Shown here: one piece after another, positions 27,661 to 40,497 of the stretch
Layout of the letters: each line of letters begins with the position of its first letter
Numbering within the stretch: the stretch's first letter is position 1
Assembly: GCF_001194135.2 (NCBI RefSeq)
Contig: NC_069004.1
Span: forward strand, 15,141,983 to 15,205,982
Origin: Octopus bimaculoides
Taxonomy: Eukaryota
Length of the DNA: 64,000 bases
Direction of reading: 5' to 3'
Made by a program: the position numbers and the translations under genes
Notes under the pieces: model-generated
The model's input: the letters and a program-made list of their open reading frames with translations, nothing else
The model's database searches: none
Told to the model about the DNA's origin: nothing

Positions 27661-28052
27661 GCCCTTATATAACTAAATATATATATATATATACATGTAT
27701 ATACACACACACATATATATATTTCAAATATTTTTAACATTATCAAAAGACAAGTGAGTTGGAAAGTCAGAGTTACACATGATAAGGCAGTGACCAACAT
27801 TGCAATATCCTCTTGAGTTCAAAGTCCAACAAACATTAATTCCGTTCAAATAGACTGGAAGTAAATCAATACAGTATTCCAAATGTGTCAACAGGGGCTC
27901 AAGGGATTCATAAGCATGGATCCTTATTTCATAAGCAAGATTGCTAAAATAGTCAACTACACTAAATACTTTATACATTCTCAACATCTACTGAGCCCAC
28001 TCCAATCTCTCTCAAAAGCAAAAAAAAACACTACATGTACAAGTGTCTAAAT

Positions 28053-28330
28053 CAGTGATTCTCAAGCAATTTTTTTTTTTACTTATGGACCCCTCTGATT
28101 CCAATTCTAATCAGTTAGACCCTCATAGTCGGTCAATGTTTCCAAAAAAAGAAGAAAAAAATCCTGTTACATTTTTATAATTAGATGTTATAAGAAATTG
28201 TACTAAAAAATTTGTTAAAACATTTTGCATTGTGAAGAAGTATAACCAATTTATTGCACATAAAGTTTAACAACAAAATTTTATGTGGATCCCACTCAAA
28301 GGTCATATAGACCCCAGTTGAGGACCACTG
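28053..28330. mobile_element. hAT-type MITE (second family)
   Basis: TIR CAGTG(A/G)TTCTCAA-like; 8-bp TSD GTCTAAAT (28045-28052, 28331-28338). Relatives at 19416-19735 (TSD C(C/T)CTAAAT), about 18870-19065 and 55880-56135. Confidence 0.88.
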
Positions 28331-28870
28331 GTCTAAATGATACAAAATGAATTTAAACTTGAGCCATGTCAATTAGTTTGGTGATAATTTCGCCACCCAT
28401 CTAATTTGTTATCCAGGACAGCTGTAAGCGAAAGAATTTAGAATTTATATTTTATGAACATTTCACTTCTTAAAGTCCCGAAATATGAAATAGTACTATT
28501 ACAGTGCATCAATACTGGCCACAACAGACCATCTAAAATAAAAGAATATTGGGTGTTTTCTTGTGTGTGTGTATTTATTTTATTTTATTTTATTTTTTTA
28601 TTTTTCTAATACAAACTATAAACCAAAGAGAAGTGTTTAGATACAAACAAATGTGTATCTATTACCAATAAGACAACAAGCAACAATACAATTCTGTTTA
28701 TTCTGTCTGAAAGGAACCAATCAGTTGTTATCAAGGAGTGATTTCTGCTTAAAAACAAATGTCATTTGCAGATGAATTCAAATAAATACAATTTCTGTTA
28801 ATTGGAAATTTATGATGAATAAATATGTTTTGTAAATATACTTCATCTTCAGAGTTGATTGCTTACCATA

Positions 28871-28916
<46 letters not shown>

Positions 28917-28937
28917 CANNNNNNNNNNCACACACAC

Positions 28938-28970
<33 letters not shown>

Positions 28971-29999
28971 TAGAGAGAGAGTAACCTAGATACACATGTA
29001 TACACAAGTAGCTATCTATTTACCTATATATATATATATGGGAGAATTTACGAAAAAAACAGATGAAGACAGGTGGTGTAAACATATATATGTATATATG
29101 TATTGTTGTATACATACATGGGGCAAAGGTGATAAAAAATACATGGAGAGGAGGTGAGAATAAACAGAGAACTGGTATTGGTTTGATGTTCAGGAGAAGG
29201 GAAAAGGAGAACGAAATGTTTTTAATGTTTCAAGCATTTACTCTTATTCTGACAGATAGGACAAACACAGAAAGAACAGACGGAAAAGAAAAATTGGACA
29301 AATTGAAATGTATGTGTATCCAACAAGTACAGCATGGTGAATGTGGTAGCATTAGGAAGAGCATCCCGCCATAGAAACTTTACCAAAACAGGCAATTGGT
29401 ACTTGGTGCAGCTCTCTGTCTGGCTTGCTAGCTTCTGCCGAACCACCCAACCAAAGCTAGCATGGAAAATGGATGTTGAATGATGATGATGATGATGATA
29501 TTATATACACACACACACACACACATATACACATTTTTTATCTCATACTATAAAAGGCCTTTGAGTTAGAAGAGAAGTTTTCATGTTAGCATAGGGAGGG
29601 TTATACCAACATATTTGGTGTTTCCTTGGTTTGTTTGTAATTGAACAGTGAAGACACATGACAGTGATTAGGGGGCATTTGACTCAGGGTTATAAGGTTG
29701 TGAGTTCAATTCCTGGGGGTGTCTTCTTTCCTTGAGCAAGACACTTTATTTCACATTGCTCCAGTTCACTCAGCTGGCAGAAATGAGTTGTACCTGCAAT
29801 TCAAAAGGGTCATACAATCTCCCTGAGAACTACATTAATGGCACATATATCTGTGGAGTGCTCAGCCACTTGCACGTTAATTTCATGAGCAGGCTGTTCC
29901 ATTGAATGGATCAACTGGAACTCACATCACAGTAACCAACAGGGTGCCAGATTTGTAATCATACAGATAGTCCCAGGGTTCGTTGTATCAGTGGAAAGA

Positions 30000-30815
30000 T
30001 CCAAGTTCTGAGGTTCACCACAAGCTCTTCATCTAGCCTATTATTCAATCAAACAGTATAGTGGTGGTTGTTATGTTTATGGGTGACCAAACTATTTCTA
30101 GAGTTGTGGGGTTTAGAAGATGAATCCAAAGTATTGTTAATTCAAGTAGTCAAACTATTGGTAAATGTGGCTTGTTTAAGTTTGGTGTTATTGCAGTATG
30201 ATTATAATTTGATCCTAACCACTTCTTTTAAGAGCTGGTTGTAGTATTTGGCATGATTTTGGAATATATTTTGGTGAGCAGAAATATTAGAGATTCTAAT
30301 GGATATGGTTTAACAATGCTGTCCCTAACTGAAAGAGGTTTGTAATTTGGGCAGAGTCAGATGAGCCATTGTAATGTCAAACTCATTATTTCAGGTGACA
30401 CGGTACCATAATTTACCCTGGAAACTCATAAGTGTATGCACTACTCCATCAGAGATTACAAAAAAAATGAGTTGCAAAAATCAGAGCCTTATTCAATAGA
30501 ATTGGTGAAATCAAAGAATAATAACTGTCTATGTCAAACTGGATGAAATGATATATTAATTTTGTTAGTAAGCTTAATGAACCAATTAATGACTTTGCTG
30601 GAGTTGTACCATAGGCTCAGATGGGTATTATTCTAATATTATGATTATTCTAATATTAGCAGAACATATTCATTCACATGGCCCATTATGGTTAAAGCCC
30701 AACCCTATAGTGGTATTGGAAGATCCTGTAAACTCTGCCTTGGCAAAACCCTCAAAATTCTATTCACAGATAGGAAAACATTCTCAACAAACATAAACTC
30801 ATCATCGACTATATA
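30000..30815 (+). mobile_element. Decayed Penelope-like element, GIY-YIG C-terminal region
   Basis: KAQPYSGIGRSCKLCL...ILF near 30695-30770 resembles the PY-----C-LCL motif at the end of Penelope endonucleases; upstream extent uncertain. Confidence 0.45.
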
Positions 30816-30887
30816 TACTTATATACATTAAAGACAGTGCCCCAGCATGGCTGCAATTGTCAAGCTGAAACTAGTGAAAGAATTAAA

Positions 30888-30948
<61 letters not shown>

Positions 30949-30949
<1 letters not shown>

Positions 30950-32773
30950 TAGCAAACGCATCCCACCATCTGTTGGCTGATGCAAGTTTGTGATAAGACT
31001 GGAGTCTAAAATGTGTAACGCTGCTTCTGTCTGTGATGCTCTGGCGATCAAAGTAGAAGCAGCATTGCGAGCATGCTGAAGATCTGCTTGTTGAGCTGTC
31101 TGTGATGATCTGGTGATCAAATTAGAGGCAGCATTGCAAGCACGCCAGAGTTCTGCTTCTTGAGCTGTCTGTGATGTTCTGGCGGTTGAAGTAGAAGCAG
31201 CATTGTGAACATGCCGAAGCACACATTGTTCTTCTGTCTCACTTGCCTGCAAGGAATGCAAAATGGAAGCATTTTTTTGTTTTTCTGATAATGCTTTCAC
31301 GAGGCATCCTATCGAAAATCTGTAATTGAATGAATCTTTGAAAAATCAAATTGACCTCATTGCTAAATATGGTATTTCAACACAAAAAATTCCCACAACA
31401 TTTAAGTGCACAATTATTTGCAATGATATTGTAAGCACCAAATGACACATGGATGCAGACAGCTGTGAATGAGCATTCATATCTATAAGCACATGTGGAC
31501 AGAACATATTTCGAGAAAATCGATATTCTATTGACCAAAAGTGCAATTGTGATAAAATATAAATGATCGATGCAAGCACCAGTGCACTGACAGGTAGCAG
31601 AAGGTAAAGGGTATTTCTAAGAAATATCACACTTAAATGCGAAATTCAATACAAAGAATATGCAAATCAAAATGGTTTCTAAGACTTCTCTGAAAATGAA
31701 AGACAGCCAAAACCAGGCTTCGTTTGGGAAAAAAAGGATGTTAGCATTAAAATTACCTTATATTCATTTGGAAGTAATGAAAATTCTTTATAAATAAAGT
31801 TAAAGTCCATGTAACTGGAAAACTTCAAATGGAATATAGGGTTTGGCAATATGCGATGTTGACTGATAAAGTAGCAAACCTTGTGGATGAATAAGCTACC
31901 AGAACTGACCAAACAGTGCAATTTAGAATATAACCGATAAATTTGATCTGTAAAATTTGTAAAAATGATTAGAAGTTGCCAAAATATTGTTCCATTATGC
32001 TTACCGATAAAAACAACTCATCATTTGAAATGTTAATACTAATATTCCTTCTGCATGAAATGGAATGAAAGAATAAACAATGGGCATGCACATGTCAAAT
32101 CAAGTGAGTTACGCAAAAGTCGAAAAATACCGCTCATCTTTTGTTCTATATAAGAAACTGTCAGCTGAAGTTTTATATATTTATCACCCAAATTTCCACG
32201 TTCAATTACCAATCAATTTGTCATTTTCTACTGTCAATTGAATTTTGTTGTGAGAAAATATTCACACAGTTGATTGACCGCCAATCAGTGCCAATTATTC
32301 CTTAAAGTTAATATTTTATTTCATTTTTACTTATTCAAAGTAATTGCCTTGTCTTCTTGCTCTTTTGTGTCAGCTTATTTATCAAATACAGAATGACACA
32401 CCTGGATACATGTGTTCAAGTACAGTTCATTCTAGAATGATATCGATTTTAATTGCAATCTCATATGTTCTTTCATGAAATTGCTTAGAAAGCTTAATGC
32501 AATTAATATTCTGATGCTGATTGTATGAACATAGCGACCGTTCACACATGATTTGCGGAACGATAGCCAATAAGCACTATTGAAATCAGATTTTTCATCA
32601 AGATTTTGATTAAAAAAGGGCAAATCTCACTTTGAAACCAACGATTATGTTATGAAATTTAACTGATGCACCCACTGTGATGCCTTCTACCTATGTGTAA
32701 AATTTCAGCAGAATCAGTTGAAAAATACAGCCATTATAATCTTTTACACAGATACACACACACACAGAATGGG

Positions 32774-32840
<67 letters not shown>
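30949..32840 (-). mobile_element. Internally deleted Helitron-like element between (TA)n tracts
   Basis: 3' end GCATC...GATGC hairpin followed by GTTTG-CTAG|T at 30949-30952; 69-bp coding repeats (AASTSTARTSQTAQEAELWRACN-type, 23 aa); 5' region TATAAATCCCATTCTGTGTGTG...ATGGCTG. The 5' TC terminus was not found. Confidence 0.55.
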
Positions 32841-32844
<4 letters not shown>

Positions 32845-32864
32845 TAGGCATATATACATAAGTA

Positions 32865-32934
<70 letters not shown>

Positions 32935-33429
32935 TACACATACATACATACATATAAATTTGTAATATGGATTCATAGAATTGTGTAGTTATCACAGAAA
33001 GTTCCTCTAATAGACCTGGCTATCATGCTATAAAGTAATCTATACAGAGGAGTATAATGCAGAGTTCCATGCAGCTTAAATCTGAAGGATCTGATCAATG
33101 AGATTATTTCATGAGGAGTTAGGAATATGAAAGACAAATGTATTTATTTAACCACTTCTTATCTTTAGCATTTCAGCGACTTCACAGCCTTCTCTATGTA
33201 ACAATAATTTCAGTGTATAATAAATTATGTTTACATGTCTACACTCATATATTTACAATTGTATATTCACAAATCAATGCAGATAAAGAAAGCTAGCTTT
33301 CTTTATCTACATTGATTCAATGCAGATAAAACTGCATCATTTCTGTAACTATATTCTGGTGATCTGATAAGCTAGCTTTCTTTGTGTGGGCATGTGTGTG
33401 TGTGTGTAAGAAAAAATATATATATAGAT

Positions 33430-34015
33430 CTTTGCATCATAGCCAATTGATGTGCTGTCCTCTTCATAGTATCTCATGTCTCATTTGCATATAAGGGCAT
33501 AGTAGGATGGTGTTATTGAAGAGTCTGATAAATATGGTATTGTCTGGCTTTGTTTTGAACATCCTTTATCAAGTTAAGTGCCCTCTATCCAGCTCTTATT
33601 CTCTTTGAGATTTCAGCATTCATATCTCAGTGCATTTTCACTGTGTTCTCTAAGAAAACGTGCTCCTTTATCTCCTTGATTTCATTACTTCCCACCTCTA
33701 TTTGGCCTTGTGTTATGCCTAGCAAACACAAATATTTTGCTTCCATGCAGTTCATTTTAAGACCTACTGCTAAGCTCTGAGTGTCCAGCTTGGTCAGCAT
33801 GGTCTGCAGCTGCTCTGTGGTTTCAACAATGAGTACAATGTCATCAGCGAATCAGAGGTGTGTCAGTTACTTCCCATTGTGTTTGTCCTATCTGTCAGAA
33901 TAAGAGTAAATGCTTGAAACATGCCCAGTCAATGTCCTTGATGACTATTTCTAAACATGTGGTAAAGAGCTTTAGAGAGATGATATCTCCTTGCTTGACA
34001 CCCTTCTCAACTGGG
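33430..34015 (-). mobile_element. Decayed RTE-clade LINE RT fragment
   Basis: PVEKGVKQGDIISLKLFTTCLEIVIKDIDW and NGK*LTHL*FADDIVLIVETTEQLQTML...GLKMN. Confidence 0.8.
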
Positions 34016-35307
34016 ACTCATACACACATGCACACACACACACACATATATTAAGTAGTTAAAAGCTATGGCTAGTCATAGAGTGACCATTGGTTTCACA
34101 CTTATAAAGTGCTTAGCTGTATAGTAATCAGACTCAAAATCAGATTCTAATGAATCCTGTAACTGCTTTATAAGTGCTAAACTAATGGTCGCTCTAAGAC
34201 TGGGCATAACTTTTAACTTCCTAAAAAATATTACTGCTCTAATGCTTCAGAGTGTGCTTCTTTTCAGATATATAAACAACTGATTATATATATATNNNNN
34301 NNNNNNNNNNNNNNNNNNNNNNNNNNNNNNNNNNNNNNNNNNNNNNNNNNNNNNNNNNNNNNNNNNNNNNNNNNNNNNNNNNNNNNNNNNNNNNNNNNNN
34401 NNNNNNNNNNNNNNNNNNNNNNNNNNNNNNNNNNNNNNNNNNNNNNNNNNNNNNNNNNNNNNNNNNNNNNNNNNNNNNNNNNNNNNNNNNNNNNNNNNNN
34501 NNNATTTGAGCGTGGTCAATGCCAGTGCCGGCTGACTGGTTTCTGTACTAGTGGCACATAAAAAGCACCATTCAAGCGTGGTCAATGCCAGTACCACTTG
34601 ACTAACACTCGTGCCAGTGGCATGTAAAAAGTACCCACTACACTCCCAGAGTGGTTGGCGTTAGGAAGGGCATCCAGCTGTAGAAACTTCACCAGATCAG
34701 ATTGGAGCCTGGTGCAGCCTTCTGGCTTGTCAGCCCTGTCAAACTGTCCAACCCAGGCTAGCAATGGAAAACAGATGTTAAACGATGAAGATGATGATAT
34801 GCATACATATATATTTATATATATGCGAGGTATGATTTTCAACAAGTAGTGTAGCACTCAGTCAGTTAAGAGAGTAAAGATATTATAATAAAAACCACAA
34901 AAAGCCTTGTGAAATACAACTGCCCAGGGTTTCTTGGTCAAAATAATTTATTTCACCATTTATCAAGCTGATGATAGGAAAACAAAGTTTAGTAACTGCA
35001 TTCAATACAATCAACATCTGAATGAGCACACACATTTAGATGAAGAATCTTCAGTAAGTTGGGGTGAGATTTTTCTCTTGATGTCCATATTTTACAAAAT
35101 ACATTTCAGCGGGAATTAAGAATAAGTCACCAGACACCATAAAGCATACCAATGTTGGTTTATGTAATTTCTGATATTCATAAGACACTGGGAATATTTA
35201 TTGTGAGGTTAATTCTCCCCTTGTGTTTCTCACTACCTTTTTTCTAAATATGCATGCTCATTCATGTCGATTGCATTGAACACAGTTATAAAACTGTCTT
35301 CTTCACT

Positions 35308-35357
<50 letters not shown>

Positions 35358-35429
35358 NNNNNNNNNNNNNNNNNNNNNNNNNNNNNNNNNNNNNNNNNNN
35401 NNNNNNNNNNNNNNNNNNNNNNNNNNNNN

Positions 35430-35464
<35 letters not shown>

Positions 35465-37073
35465 CAAATATATATATATATACACACACACATATACATA
35501 TACACACACATACATACATCATATATACACACACATACATCATACACATATATACATACATCATATACAAACATATACATACATATGTTCCTGATGAGAT
35601 GATCATGTCATCCAGTCTGATGGTGCTGGTGCCATATAGAAAGCACTCGGTCCACACTGTAAAGTGTCTGTAGTTAGGAAAGACATCCAGCTGTAAAAAC
35701 CAGGCCAAAGCAGATCTTGCCAGTGGTGGTGCCATATAAAAAGCATCCAGTCCATTTTATAAGGAAAGACATCCAATTGTAAAAGCCATGCCAAAGGAAA
35801 CTTCGCAGGTGGTGGTGCCATGCGAAAAGCACTCAGCCCACTCTGTAAAATGGTTGGTGCTAGGAAGGGCATCCAGTCATAAAAACTATGCCAAAGTAGA
35901 CAGTAAAACTTGATTCTGTCTTCTGGCTTACCAGCTCCTGTCAAACTGTCCAACCCAAGACAGATTTAAATGATGATGATATACAAGATGTCCACAAATT
36001 ATCCTAAGATCCGAATGACCTGTCCGTGTTTTCTTTGTATCGTCTATCTGTCGTTTTGTCCCTTTCTTGTATCACCTAACTGTCTGGATGTTTTGCATCC
36101 TTGTCCCATTCTGTATTATTTATTATTTTGTATTTTTATTATAGGTCTTTTTAGTGTATTTACTTATTAAAGTTTTCTACATGTGACTGGATTTTCATGG
36201 ATGAATTCAATAATTGTGGTTTTTTTCTCTAAATTATATTTTTATATATATATACATACATACATATAAATCCTTTAACCGTTCTTTATCCTTTGCTACT
36301 CTCAGCTCAAGAGCTGCAACCATGTTGGGGCAACTTGAAACTTCTTCTGAACAAGGGATTTTGATGTTGCTGCCCTTATCTGTATTTCTTGCCAGACAGT
36401 AGGTTCAGGAAGATGCCAATTTCTCTGTCCTGAAGATGGACGCTGGATTTACGGTAACGTTTATATGCATCCACTACTGGTTGCATAATTGACATTTTTG
36501 CACACACAATCTGCCAACATTACTACTACTATGTAATTCTCAGCCCCCAGAAACAGCATTCAGACCTGAAACAACATGGCCCTCTCCTTAATTTTCTGTA
36601 TCTTTTGTACTCCATTTAAACCTGTTCTGCAAGTAAATAAATATATGCTGATACATAAATGTTCATGTTCTGAATATTTTCACTTTTGGTTTTTTCTCTA
36701 CATATATCATTAAAAAAAACACCACCACCTACATTTACATGTATATATGTACATTTTATATATCAAGACCAAGTGTGATTATTGTTTATTTGCATCATTA
36801 TCGCTATACATACATATATATAGGCACATACATACGTACAAATATATATATTCTTCTATTCTTTTATTCATTTCAGCTATACAGCCACGGTCATGCTGGA
36901 GCTATATGTATCTTTTTTACTTGTTTCAGTCATTAGACCCCAGTACTTATTTTTTTTTAAGCATGGCATTTATTCTATTAGTCACTTTGGCCAAACAGCT
37001 GAGTTTCAGGGATGTAAACACACCAACACTGGCTATGAAGTGAGTGGTAGTAGGGGACAAACACAAGCACAAA

Positions 37074-37121
<48 letters not shown>

Positions 37122-37323
37122 CATACACACATCCATACATACATATAAGTACACATGCATACACATATATATTCACATACTTACATATATGTATACATAT
37201 AAATACATAATACATATATTTGCATATATATATATATGCATATATATACACGCAGGCATATGCATGCAAACATATTTACACACACATGCACACACACATC
37301 TCAAATAATTAATCCTTTTTTAA

Positions 37324-38400
37324 GTGACAAATGGTACAAAGCAAGAATGTGTGTTGGCACCAGTATTATTTGCTTTATTCTCTGCAGCTATGCTAGAGTA
37401 TGTCTTTGTTGATGATCCCTGTGTAAAAATTGCCCCTCTGGTGGCATCTTCAATCAGCACCATATTAAGCAAAAAGAAAGAAAAAAACGAAAAAAAAAAA
37501 AAAAAAGGTCTTCCTTTCAAATTACCAGAGACTTATTTTTTTACAGATGACTGTGCACAGTTTGCTAATTCCCTTGAAGATATTCAACAGATTGTCAATA
37601 TATTTATTGCAGCAGTCAGATGTTTTGGCTTCACCATAAGCACAGAGAAGATAGAGCTTCTGTTGCAGCCACATTCTGGCAGTAATCAAGGTTATGCCTA
37701 GAGTGTGTCTTGAAGGTAAAAGTAATAAGACAGTTAATGCTTTCATTCATCTTCACTCCACAGTGACCAATGATGCTAAGCTTGATAAAGAGATTAAAAC
37801 ATGAAGAGGAAGAGCAAACTCTATAAGAGGCTTTGGAATATCTGTGAAGGTGTTGGTGTACCATAGAAAGTGTACAAGTACATTATAAAACTTACCTACT
37901 ACTTAAACATTTGTGGCATGATGTTTATCTGATTTATGACTCCTACAAGGCAGAAAGGATTTATTTACCAAAGAAAACTGAAGCAGGATTAATTGGTCAG
38001 TTACGGGCCAATATAAATCCTGAATGTAGATGGCAAGATTTACATGGGCTTACTTGCTAAAAGAACAGCTACATGTCTATACAAAATGATGGCTAGGCTG
38101 GAAGGCTGGACTTCCTGATGTGTCAAACACACATTTCAATCTGGGATGCAATACAAGACACTGTGAAGAATATAAGGGATTTGAATGTAGGGTGTAATCT
38201 GGCAAATGATTATGGTTCTGTACCACACAAACTGGTGACAGAAACAATAGATTTTTTGGATGCCGAAGAGGATCACAGATTTGATGAAGTGTAACTGCAA
38301 CAGTATCTGAGTGTGGTTTACAACAGACTGGCAATGTCTTGGAATTGTTGTAGGCTGCACAATATCAGTTGTGTGGTTTTTACATGTCATGGAGATGCTA
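37324..38400 (+). mobile_element. Decayed RTE-clade LINE RT fragment
   Basis: TNGTKQECVLAPVLFALFSAAML and FFTDDCAQ...FGFTISTEKIELLLQP are RTE RT motifs (QG and FADD equivalents). Confidence 0.8.
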
Positions 38401-38470
38401 TTTAGATCAGCAGACTAAGAAGGCAATTGTGGATGGCATAACAACACTGACAAAGGAACCAAAATGGTAT

Positions 38471-38590
38471 GCAAATAGTTCTAGGAAGACTGGATGAACT
38501 ATTTACTTGATCAAAAGTACAGTTTAAAGCAAATAGTTCTAGGAAGACTGGATGAACTATTTACTTGATCAAAAATACAGTTTAAAGCAA
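38471..38590. repeat. 58-bp direct tandem duplication
   Basis: GCAAATAGTTCTAGGAAGACTGG... at 38471 and 38529, near identical. Confidence 0.9.
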
Positions 38591-38909
38591 GAAAGCCAAG
38601 CAGTCTGACATCTGTCAAAGGTTGGCAGAAGCAAGTGAAGTTCAAAATAACAGGGGAAACCATGCCAATAGTTAAAGGCTAACCCATGTAGGTTTAAGAC
38701 TATGGCACACTGAGTCTTTGTTGAGATAATGGCACAAGCTGAAGATAAGTTAAAAGCAACAAGTCAAAACTACTTGGCAAATATAAGATTTGGTGCTTGC
38801 AGTTTGATCTATACCACCCACCCCACATCTTGCTTGCTCCCCCCCCCCTCCCGCTTGTATGCAGAGTAACACTGTCTAAAGCAGAGATCATGGAATAAAA
38901 ATGCAATAT

Positions 38910-39790
38910 TTACACCAGGAAATGGCTTGATCTACCTCAAATGATTAACAGATCAGCACAGTACTGAAAGAGAGGGTTTCTTCAACCACTTATAACATCA
39001 ATTGAGATCTACAAAGCTGGAATGGTGTAAACAGTCCAATGTTGTAGAATTTCAAGACAATTTGTCAGATATCAAAACTGCAAGAACACGGCATACAGAG
39101 AAAGAAACTACTGACATACCAGAATTACTTGAACGTCAAGACATAGTGGGAGTGATTAATAGTGACTAGAAAGGTATTGGCTGTAATCGACTTAAACAAT
39201 TTTCAATAACGACACGGAGGGAACACAGAGCTGTGTTAAGTTAGAGAAGCAGAGAAAAGGAAACTGCATTCGATTCAATGCCCCCAGCAAGGACAGATTA
39301 CCAAAGGGGGAAGAAGAATCTATTGACATGCTAGCATACAAGATATAGTGGGAATAATTAAAAATGACCAGAAAGGAAGAAGGTTATTGAAAGAAAAGTT
39401 GGTTGGAATATGATCTGGAGGTGAAGCACATCGTGGCTGAACTTCCACTTTTGAGATGTCTATGATGTATTACCAGCCTCTGTTCAATCTGCTGAGATGG
39501 AAAATGGTAAATTTTCCAAATGTAGATGCAGAAAAGTTGGGACACTACAGAATATATCATCTAAGTGCTCAATGGCACTGGACAGGTATATGTGGAGACA
39601 CAATGAGGTTCTCAAAATTCTCCATTGTGTTGTCAAGAAGCAGATGGAAATGACCAATGATAGCAAGAAACCACAGAAGAATGGCAGTAAATGGTTTATC
39701 ACATATAGTTAGTCAGGGCCAAGATGGTTACCCAAAACGGGAGAAAGCTGTAAAGCTGTGATTGATGAAAACTGGGATGGAGTTTGGGAG
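38910..39790 (+). mobile_element. HERO-like (restriction-like-endonuclease class) non-LTR retrotransposon fragment
   Basis: Decayed translations RQDIVGVI, KVGWNMIWR and KCRCRKVGTLQNISSKCSMALDRYMWRHNEVLKIL match the CCHC/RHN region typical of RLE-type elements. Confidence 0.65.
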
Positions 39791-40232
39791 GTGGCAGCAA
39801 CTCTTTTAGGGGTTGCCTGTTTGTTCGGCAGTGAATTATCTCCCTTCGATTGCCCCTTGTCTTTTTTCAAATCACCTGGGCTCATTCAAAATTCACATCA
39901 AATGCAGTTACTAAAAACTCTTTTGTGGATGTTCCAGCTTACAAAATGGCAAAAGAAATGTAATATTTTGGTCAAGAAATACTGGGTAGCTGACTTTCAA
40001 TAGGCTCTTTGTGTTTTTCTTATTTATAATATCTTTATTACTGGTTGAACTTCATATCTCACACATACACAGTGTATAGGGAGAGGTGTAGCTGTGTAGT
40101 AAGAAGTTTGCTACCCAACTGTATCGTTTCAGGTTCAGTCCCATAGCATGTCACCTTAATTAATTGTCTTCTACTATAGCCCTGAGCCAACCAAAGCCTT
40201 GTGAGTGAATTTGTAGACAAAAACTGAAAGAA

Positions 40233-40268
<36 letters not shown>

Positions 40269-40462
40269 CTGACTGACTTCTGCCTTCTTATAAATGAATG
40301 TCATTTACATGCAAGCGGGAACCTTCATTCTGTGAAAACATGTCTGGTCATGGGGACAGGAAGGGCACCTGGCTATAGAAAATTTGCCTCAACAAATTCT
40401 GTCCAACACATGCAATCAAACAACAATGAAGACATTATATATCTCTCTCTCCCTCTCTCTCA

Positions 40463-40497
<35 letters not shown>

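Noticed and set aside
36415-36460. CTGAAGATG...GGTAACGTT as another hammerhead (similar at 9300-9350)
   Set aside because: GAAA is absent and stems cannot be formed; too degenerate to support.
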